Positions 1-5,230 of a stretch of DNA of 34,861 bases are shown piece by piece (positions within the stretch are counted from its first letter, which is position 1; each line of letters begins with the position of its first letter). Both the position numbers and the translations under genes were made by a program. Origin of the DNA: a virus; IMG/VR virus record IMGVR_UViG_3300045988_168171, positions 1 through 34,861 of that record; one strand, given 5' to 3'. The notes beneath the pieces are model-generated. The model searched no databases, had not been told where the DNA came from, and was given only the letters and a program-made list of their open reading frames with translations.

Positions 1-55
1 TAAAATAGCTTTTTCAACTTCGATGATAAAAGCATCATTATCTATATATTTCATA
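1..55. repeat. 55-bp terminal direct repeat (copy 1), identical to 34807..34861; overlap of a circular assembly
   Basis: Bases 1-55 recur exactly as the last 55 bases. The repeat carries the 5' end (ATG at 54..52, minus strand) of the HTH gene annotated at 34648..34860. Confidence 0.9.
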
Positions 56-152
56 TGTGATTTCCTTTCTTTTACACCATTATAATAAACCATATTCATT
101 AAAAAGTAAAACAAAAAAGGTTAAAAATAATATAAAAAAGTGTATAAAATAG

Positions 153-181
153 TTGAAAAATAAACCAAAACAGTTTATAAT
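153..181 (+). promoter_or_regulatory. Sigma-A-type promoter for the small-ORF operon 212..667
   Basis: TTGAAA (153-158), 17-nt spacer, TATAAT (176-181), about 30 nt upstream of the RBS/ATG at 212. It is divergent from the HTH gene that crosses the junction. Confidence 0.5.
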
Positions 182-211
182 ATAAGTGTAAAGAGGAAAG
201 GAGGTAAAAAG

Positions 212-322
212 ATGAGCAATAAAAAAAGATCTAAAATCGACTGGAAAGAATTATTAATCTTATCGATTATAGATCTTCTAATTGGAATAGCGTTAATCGC
301 TATAGAGAAGTTACTCCCCTAA
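212..322 (+). CDS. Small membrane peptide (36 aa), below the ORF-track cutoff
   Basis: An AGGAGGT RBS lies just upstream of ATG 212. Translation is MSNKKRSKIDWKELLILSIIDLLIGIALIAIEKLLP: a basic N-terminus plus one hydrophobic helix. Confidence 0.5.
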   Translation: MSNKKRSKIDWKELLILSIIDLLIGIALIAIEKLLP

Positions 323-356
323 CTTCTCTTCCAATTATAACTCATTTTAAGATAAT

Positions 357-446
357 ATGTTAGTAAAATTAGGAGTTTTTCTTATAGCGATAGGAATCGC
401 TAAGCTAATCATTTCAATCATTTTAAAAAACAGAGATAAAAAATAA
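357..446 (+). CDS. Possible 29-aa hydrophobic peptide with a basic tail
   Basis: Translation from ATG 357 is MLVKLGVFLIAIGIAKLIISIILKNRDKK, ending at TAA 444-446. No clear RBS, so this is weak. Confidence 0.25.
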   Translation: MLVKLGVFLIAIGIAKLIISIILKNRDKK

Positions 447-460
447 GGAGGATAAATAAT

Positions 461-667
461 ATGATTAAATTATTTGTAAGTGAAGAAGCAATCCAAGAAA
501 AGGGAATTTTTGAAGATTATTCATTAAGCGGTTTGAAACGAATCGCAGATCCAAATGGCTATGTAAAATTAGATGATGGGTTGTTATTATCCAGAGATGA
601 TATGGATAATCTATATATAAGCAAAACTGAAGAAGATGAATGTTTCGAAGAAATGAAGCTAGACTAA
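461..667 (+). CDS. Hypothetical protein (68 aa)
   Basis: ORF-track entry. An AAGGAGG RBS lies 7-8 nt upstream of the ATG. No recognisable motif. Confidence 0.6.
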   Translation: MIKLFVSEEAIQEKGIFEDYSLSGLKRIADPNGYVKLDDGLLLSRDDMDNLYISKTEEDECFEEMKLD

Positions 668-678
668 ATGGTCTAGCT
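657..678. terminator. Hairpin shared by convergent ORFs 461..667 (+) and 659..898 (-)
   Basis: agctagac (657-664) pairs with gtctagct (671-678) around a 6-nt loop. T-rich tails on both sides are only moderate. Confidence 0.35.
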
Positions 679-1147
679 CTTTTAAATATTCAGATGGATC
701 AATCTTTTCTCTTGATCCATCTTCATTTATTCCATAGACTTCTATCCTATTAATATTATTAGGACCAATTTTCTCTAAAAATAAAGATAGATCTTCAGGT
801 TTGATTTCAATTACCAATTTGATCACCTCCCGATTAATAGTGTAGTGGTCAAATCTTACAAAATCGTGACATTTTGATACAAATTTAAAAAAGTACATTA
901 AACTTCATTTGTCCAAACGAGTAAATAGTATGTAGTCACCCTCATTTGATTCCTCGATCATTTTTAAAAAACTTTTCCTTTTTGTTATGGAAGATGCAGA
1001 TATACCATTGTCGATATATGTGTTGATCACTGTAAACTGATTGTTCTTACAGTATTCTTTAAGTGATGCGATCTGTACAGGGATTGATATGTTCTTCTTT
1101 TTCTGTTCTACAGTAGAAACTCTTGCGTATAATCTAGCTTTTTTCAT
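659..1147 (-). pseudogene. Serine recombinase (resolvase-type catalytic domain) remnant interrupted by an in-frame TGA
   Basis: MKKARLYARVSTVEQ... and ...YIDNGISASS... match the catalytic Ser and DxGxS motifs, and ...FTRLDK ends at TGA 905-907. ORF 659..898 continues in the same frame, has no RBS, and has no recombinase C-terminal domain. AAGGA RBS before ATG 1147. Confidence 0.7.
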
Positions 1148-1184
1148 TCGCACCCATCCTTTCTGTTTTCCACTTTTTGCATAT

Positions 1185-1213
1185 TTGAAGCGATTAGCTA
1201 TTTATGGTAAAAT
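1185..1213 (+). promoter_or_regulatory. Candidate extended -10 promoter on the plus strand, inside a minus-strand gene cluster
   Basis: TTGAAG (1185-1190), 17-nt spacer, TGgTAAAAT (1205-1213). Confidence 0.4.
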
Positions 1214-1291
1214 GGGTACATAAAAAGATACATGCTTGCCTAGCATTCTTTTTATGTACAAGGTGTATTGCCGTACACCTCTTTAACACTT

Positions 1292-1324
1292 CCTTCAGTA
1301 TTGCCAGTACTGGAGGATTTTTTT
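1292..1324 (+). terminator. Intrinsic terminator (third hairpin plus U7)
   Basis: ccttcagta (1292-1300) pairs with tactggagg (1308-1316), 9 bp including one G:U, followed by a + ttttttt (1318-1324). Confidence 0.5.
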
Positions 1325-1339
1325 GTTATAATTTTATTA

Positions 1340-1375
1340 GGCTTCGGTATCCCGTGTGGACCGAGGTCTTTTTTT
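1340..1375 (+). terminator. Intrinsic terminator, plus-strand orientation
   Basis: ggcttcggt (1340-1348) pairs with accgaggtc (1360-1368), 9 bp including two G:U, followed by ttttttt (1369-1375). On the minus strand the G:U pairs become A-C mismatches and no U tract follows. Confidence 0.55.
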
Positions 1376-2081
1376 AGTTTGATTTCATTTTTTTTGTTAA
1401 TATCAGAACTCCAGCAATTATGCACAGAATCAATTGAACTGCAACATTTAGGAATGCTGAAGGGAATAATATGATCGAAAGTAAATATAATCCTGCAGAG
1501 ATGAAAGCTACAATCCAACTTTTTGATATGGCACCAATGAAGTTGGCAACTGCGGCAATAACTTCACAGATGAAGAATGGTAGTATCGCTCTTAATGCAA
1601 TATATGTTCCTAGTTCTGCTCCAGCGTCTGCCCAGACGTTACCAGTGTCAACAGGAGTGGTTGACGCAGTATAGAATATATAGAACATATAAACAGCATA
1701 ACCAATGCTTAGAACTGCAGAAATAACTAGCAAGACAGTTGCAGCAATATGTTTTTCCTTGGAAACTTCTTTTTCTAGTTCTTCAACCGGTTCATCATCC
1801 ACTACAGGTGGAGGAGTTGTGTTATTTAAAACATTCCTGTTTATAACTTTAATCAACGCTGATGTTTCTTTTTTGAATTGCTCATCAAACGGAATGGTAT
1901 ATGTAGATACAGTCCCATTTTCATTAATAACACGAGCAATGATTTCTGTTCCGTCTATTTTGATACTTTTTAAATCAGTATAATTTATTGTGATTTGATC
2001 AAGGCTTTCCAAAGGAGTAAAAGTAAAACTTTCGTCTCTGAAAACATTCTCAATCCCATCATGTAGTATTTTTCTTTCCAT
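1374..2081 (-). CDS. Membrane protein: about 90-aa soluble N-terminal domain, acidic linker, about 4 TM helices
   Basis: 235-aa ORF immediately downstream of the repressor on the same strand. The C-terminal half is strongly hydrophobic (HIAATVLLVISAVLSIGYAVYMFYIF...). Confidence 0.75.
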   Translation of the reverse strand: MERKILHDGIENVFRDESFTFTPLESLDQITINYTDLKSIKIDGTEIIARVINENGTVSTYTIPFDEQFKKETSALIKVINRNVLNNTTPPPVVDDEPVEELEKEVSKEKHIAATVLLVISAVLSIGYAVYMFYIFYTASTTPVDTGNVWADAGAELGTYIALRAILPFFICEVIAAVANFIGAISKSWIVAFISAGLYLLSIILFPSAFLNVAVQLILCIIAGVLILTKKMKSN

Positions 2082-2123
2082 AATCTTATTTCCTCTTTTC
2101 TGTAATTCAACTTTCTGATGAAT

Positions 2124-2753
2124 TTATTGTTCTATCGAAAATTTAAATTTATACTTACCAATAACTCTTAAACATTCATCCGTTAAATCTACTTCAATAG
2201 GTTGATATGCCTCATTAGCACTTTCTAATAAAATCATTCCACTAGGTAATTTTCTAAATGTTTTACAAACAGCTTCAGACTCGCCAACACAAAAAGCTCC
2301 AATTTCGCCATTTTCTATAATGTTTGTTTTTTCAAATACCAAAACATCGCCTTCTTTGATTCCTTTTCCAATCATGCTGTCTCCTGAAGCTGTGTTAGCA
2401 AAATAGTCATGCCCAGGTTTTATATATTTATCGGGAATCGCAATATAATCTTCAACCTGATCATCTACAAAAAGACCAGTTCCACATGATATAGAAGTAT
2501 AAAGTGGAATACGTTGTATTGCTTTTTGATTGATTGCAAATGTTTGCTCTCCATCCAAACAGTCAAATAGCTGTTGTGAACTTAATCCCATTGCTTTAGC
2601 AATTTTTCCAAGAACATCAAGACTAGGGTTTTTATCTGATCCATTTACAATGTTCGATATATATGTATTTGAAAGGTTTGATTTACGTGCAAATTCTCGC
2701 ACCGATATATCATGTTCTGATATATAGTTTTTAATTATTTCACCTAATTTCAT
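2124..2753 (-). CDS. cI: CI/LexA-like repressor: XRE-type HTH plus S24 self-cleaving peptidase domain
   Basis: The N-terminus has VREFARKSNLSNTYISNIVNG (HTH). The C-terminus has GDSM (Ser nucleophile) and a downstream CKTF Lys. Start moved to ATG 2753, which follows a GGAGGAG RBS; the ORF-track start is 2786. Confidence 0.9.
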   Translation of the reverse strand: MKLGEIIKNYISEHDISVREFARKSNLSNTYISNIVNGSDKNPSLDVLGKIAKAMGLSSQQLFDCLDGEQTFAINQKAIQRIPLYTSISCGTGLFVDDQVEDYIAIPDKYIKPGHDYFANTASGDSMIGKGIKEGDVLVFEKTNIIENGEIGAFCVGESEAVCKTFRKLPSGMILLESANEAYQPIEVDLTDECLRVIGKYKFKFSIEQ

Positions 2754-2824
2754 ATACTCCTCCTTTATGTCAACTATATAATACAATAAATTTATTGTTC
2801 ACACAACAAAAATGTAAATTTTTG

Positions 2825-2853
2825 TTGACAACGCATATACTTTAAACTATAAT
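2825..2853 (+). promoter_or_regulatory. Rightward early promoter (perfect consensus)
   Basis: TTGACA (2825-2830), 17-nt spacer, TATAAT (2848-2853). It is flanked and overlapped by 9-bp palindromes gTTGaCAAc (2824-2832) and aTTGaCAAt (2852-2860). Confidence 0.65.
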
Positions 2854-2876
2854 TGACAATGAAAGGAGAGGATAGC

Positions 2877-2945
2877 GTGGACAACAAAGTGAAAGAGATA
2901 AGAATTAAAAAAGGATTATCTCAAGAAGAAATTGAAACATTCTAG
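2877..2945 (+). pseudogene. 22-codon stump of a Cro/XRE-type HTH gene
   Basis: GGAGAGG RBS plus GTG 2877. Translation VDNKVKEIRIKKGLSQEEIETF* looks like the first helix or two of an XRE HTH and then hits TAG 2943-2945. Neither other frame continues the HTH. Confidence 0.45.
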
Positions 2946-2970
2946 AAAGGAATAGGGAAGAGGTGTAAGG

Positions 2971-3213
2971 ATGGAAATTGAAAAGAAAAAAGCACTCATT
3001 GAACTTATCAAAGAGTGTGATGATGCTGAATATTTGAAGCAAATTTCTTATACAGCACTTGTGATGTCAAATGCTGTTGCAGCCATAAAAAAAGCCAATT
3101 CATTGGCAGATGAATCGGCTCATATTAAAAAAAGGACCACATACAATGTTAAAGGAATCAAATGTCATCTGATAACCAATGATGATACTTCTCAAGGATC
3201 TCAACAAAAATAG
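2971..3213 (+). CDS. Hypothetical protein (80 aa)
   Basis: GAGGTG RBS about 6 nt before the ATG. The last 56 nt overlap the convergent ORF 3158..3352. Confidence 0.45.
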   Translation: MEIEKKKALIELIKECDDAEYLKQISYTALVMSNAVAAIKKANSLADESAHIKKRTTYNVKGIKCHLITNDDTSQGSQQK

Positions 3214-3352
3214 TTGCACTAATATTCACTATATCGTTTCCAATATTATTTGGGTCAAGTTCTTTTAATTCCTGAGGGAACGAATCAACTATTTTTTCAA
3301 TATCTTCATTCTTTAGATATTGAGATTTAAAATCATCAAAATTTTTATTCAT
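3158..3352 (-). CDS. Hypothetical protein (64 aa) on the opposite strand of the early region
   Basis: AAGGAG RBS 8 nt upstream of ATG 3352 (MNKNFDDFKSQY...). The ORF-track start 3376 lacks an RBS. Confidence 0.55.
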   Translation of the reverse strand: MNKNFDDFKSQYLKNEDIEKIVDSFPQELKELDPNNIGNDIVNISATIFVEILEKYHHWLSDDI

Positions 3353-3414
3353 AAAAAAACTCCTTTCCAAGAACATTATACAACGAAAAGGATCAATAGA
3401 AAGAGGTGATAAAA

Positions 3415-3552
3415 ATGGAAGATAAAGAAATAAATGATGAAATCGAAAGTTGTAATAAAAAAATTAAAGACTTGCAGTTTATAGTACTAATTCAAGGAAT
3501 TGCGATTTGTTTACTGGCAATGGTTAAGATATTAACTCTACTATTTGAATGA
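3415..3552 (+). CDS. Small tail-anchored membrane peptide (45 aa), below the ORF-track cutoff
   Basis: AGAGGTG RBS. Translation is MEDKEINDEIESCNKKIKDLQFIVLIQGIAICLLAMVKILTLLFE. Its 3' end overlaps the convergent ORF 3524..3916 by 29 nt. Confidence 0.45.
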   Translation: MEDKEINDEIESCNKKIKDLQFIVLIQGIAICLLAMVKILTLLFE

Positions 3553-3916
3553 TTACTGTTGCTAATGAAATAAGCAAGGAAAGAATGGCAATTTTCTTAC
3601 TGAATTTAGCATCTTTCTCGGATTCTTGAGATTGTTTTTTTGCAGAATTTGCCATTTGTTTTAAAGATTCTAATTCTTCATCAAGACGTTTTTGCTCATC
3701 ATAGCGTTTTTTTTCAAATTCAAGGTACATTTTTCCAGCTTCAGTAATTTTAAGGTAATTATTATCAATATCTTGTACTAGTTTTATATAACCAAGCTCT
3801 TTAAGAAATCTTGCAATATTGCGTTCTTCGCTATTCAACGCGTTTAGGAAGATATCTTTTTCATTGATACGTTTTAAAAAATTAGATTGTTCTTTCGTTA
3901 GTAAAGTATTTAGCAT
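3524..3916 (-). CDS. Putative winged-helix-like, coiled-coil, C-terminal TM-anchored protein (130 aa)
   Basis: From internal ATG 3916: MLNTLLTKEQSNFLKRINE...ARFLKELGYIKLV..., then a charged coiled coil and a hydrophobic tail KKIAILSLLISLATVIIQIV. The upstream 35 codons of the track ORF look non-coding. Confidence 0.55.
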   Translation of the reverse strand: MLNTLLTKEQSNFLKRINEKDIFLNALNSEERNIARFLKELGYIKLVQDIDNNYLKITEAGKMYLEFEKKRYDEQKRLDEELESLKQMANSAKKQSQESEKDAKFSKKIAILSLLISLATVIIQIVELIS

Positions 3917-3964
3917 GATGATCACCAAACTGATTATATCACATTGAAGAAAGGGGATGAGAAT

Positions 3965-4144
3965 ATGGAAAAAGTAAGAGATGGGGACTTTATTGACACG
4001 GATGCATTTAGCTGGTGTCAATGGCCGGAAGAACCGAAAGAGAAAAAAAGAAGATTGAATCCGGCCGTCTTATTTGTAGCTGGATTGATCATAGGTTGCT
4101 TCTTCACCTATGGACTCATGGTGTTGAGCACAGTGCTTGGATAG
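3965..4144 (+). CDS. Small membrane protein (59 aa)
   Basis: GAAAGGGGA RBS before ATG 3965 (MEKVRDGDF...). C-terminal TM segment AVLFVAGLIIGCFFTYGLMVLSTVLG. Confidence 0.5.
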   Translation: MEKVRDGDFIDTDAFSWCQWPEEPKEKKRRLNPAVLFVAGLIIGCFFTYGLMVLSTVLG

Positions 4145-4157
4145 AAAGGGGTAGATC

Positions 4158-4289
4158 ATGATATATGGAACATTAAAAGAAAGTCGCTTAAAAGAAGCCT
4201 TAGAAAGAGCACTGAATCTTAATAGATCGACAAAAGTTTCAGTGCAAATAAAAAAAGCGCCTTCCGCCGACCAAAGCAAGAGCGCTTAA
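4158..4289 (+). CDS. Small hypothetical protein (43 aa), below the ORF-track cutoff
   Basis: GAAAGGGG RBS. Translation is MIYGTLKESRLKEALERALNLNRSTKVSVQIKKAPSADQSKSA. Confidence 0.4.
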   Translation: MIYGTLKESRLKEALERALNLNRSTKVSVQIKKAPSADQSKSA

Positions 4290-4290
4290 A

Positions 4291-4320
4291 AGTGGATAGC
4301 CTAAAATATCCACTCCTATT
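4291..4320 (+). terminator. Weak hairpin / possible terminator
   Basis: agtggata (4291-4298) pairs with tatccact (4307-4314), followed by cctatttta. The stem is AT-rich and the U tract is poor. Confidence 0.3.
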
Positions 4321-4333
4321 TTAACACAGAAAG

Positions 4334-4473
4334 TTCCTGGCTTACAAGCAGGGCATCGGAGTTCCCCTTAATTCTGAACCGGTTTTATAAGCTCGATCAT
4401 TGATAATGTGCAGATACGATGGTCATTTAAAAAAACTTTTATGCGGTCCGGTGTTCTGCTTGTAGGTCAGGAG
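4334..4473 (+). ncRNA. Candidate structured RNA closed by a 27-bp helix (alternative reading: imperfect DNA inverted repeat)
   Basis: 4334-4360 pairs continuously with 4447-4473 (21 Watson-Crick plus 6 G:U). All six non-WC pairs are G:U only on the plus strand. The helix encloses 86 nt and no ORF is present. Confidence 0.4.
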
Positions 4474-4499
4474 ACAAAAAAAGAAAAGGAGATCTAAGA

Positions 4500-4700
4500 A
4501 TGAAAGAAATAACGTTAACAGAAGAAAAATTAAGGGAATCAGTAGCTAAAGCTGTATCAAACATCTTAGATACAGCTCCAAAAGACGAAAATTTTGGAGA
4601 GTTATTGATCATACATACGATGGTTGGAGGCATGATTGCAGTAGAATTGCGCAAGATTTTATTCGGGGGGCAAATCCTCAGACGACTAGCGAGGATCTAA
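4500..4700 (+). CDS. Hypothetical protein (66 aa)
   Basis: AAAGGAG RBS. First gene of the rightward replication operon. Confidence 0.6.
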   Translation: MKEITLTEEKLRESVAKAVSNILDTAPKDENFGELLIIHTMVGGMIAVELRKILFGGQILRRLARI

Positions 4701-4704
4701 AAGC

Positions 4705-5034
4705 ATGAAAGAAGATATTTTGATTGATCTTCTGCAAAGGACCGGAAAACAGTCAAGGGACAAGCTTGTCAAAGCTTTAAACCTTGACAAGAACAACAAG
4801 CATCCAGACAGACAGCTCCGCATGATCAAGGAGCATATCAATCTGTCGGATGGGAAATATAAGGATGTTCTGATTGTTGGCTTCAGTGCCAGCAAAGGGT
4901 ATAAGATCGCCGACACAGAGGAAGAATATAAACATTTTATCACCGAGATGAAGGCAAGAAAGAGTTCTATGGATATTCAGATTGAAAAGGCCGAGAGGCT
5001 TTTGAAGAAACTGGAAGATGATGGCCATGAATGA
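4705..5034 (+). CDS. Hypothetical protein (109 aa), possibly winged-helix DNA-binding
   Basis: ORF track. N-terminus DILIDLLQRTGKQSRDKLVKALNL is wHTH-like (weak inference). Confidence 0.6.
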   Translation: MKEDILIDLLQRTGKQSRDKLVKALNLDKNNKHPDRQLRMIKEHINLSDGKYKDVLIVGFSASKGYKIADTEEEYKHFITEMKARKSSMDIQIEKAERLLKKLEDDGHE

Positions 5035-5230
5035 ATGCAGACAGTTCATCATCCATCAGATCAAGAATGCAGAATATTCATTGGCATTCTATCGGCAGAA
5101 GGTTCTGACGTTGAAAGACGGAACGTCAGAGAAAGATATATATAAGATCCAGCTGATTGATAAACAGATCGAGCTGGAAAAATGGAAGTATTGTTTGAGC
5201 ATTTTGCAAAAGAAGGAGGAAGGAACATGA
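5018..5230 (+). CDS. Hypothetical protein (about 70 aa)
   Basis: ORF track. It overlaps both neighbours in operon style. The exact start among ATG 5018/5021/5027 is uncertain. Confidence 0.55.
   Translation: MMAMNECRQFIIHQIKNAEYSLAFYRQKVLTLKDGTSEKDIYKIQLIDKQIELEKWKYCLSILQKKEEGT

Larger units (their letters stand above)
1216..1375 (+). ncRNA. Candidate structured sRNA (about 105-155 nt): three stem-loops with UUGCC loops and two intrinsic terminators
   Basis: Hairpins at 1216-1259, 1261-1280 and 1292-1316 each show TTGCC in the loop (1236, 1268, 1301). G:U pairs fit only the plus-strand RNA. There is no credible ORF. See findings. Confidence 0.35.

Noticed and set aside
1229-1324. Type III (ToxI-like) antitoxin repeat array, because of the 32-33-nt periodicity of the TTGCC hairpins
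   Set aside because: The units share only the loop pentamer, not a repeated sequence. No toxin ORF follows on the plus strand; the next gene is on the minus strand.
1268-1474. 68-aa plus-strand ORF from the track
   Set aside because: Its TTG start lies in a hairpin loop. It runs through two terminators and is antisense to the membrane-protein gene. It has no RBS.
2124-2786. The longer ORF-track starts (2786 for the repressor; likewise 3376, 4021, 5182, 12198, 14702, 21190, 25752, 29654)
   Set aside because: In each case an internal ATG is preceded by a clear GGAGG-type RBS or an ATGA overlap. The extra N-terminal codons look non-coding.
4334-4473. Retron msr/msd non-coding RNA (long flanking inverted repeats)
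   Set aside because: No reverse transcriptase gene is present anywhere in the genome.
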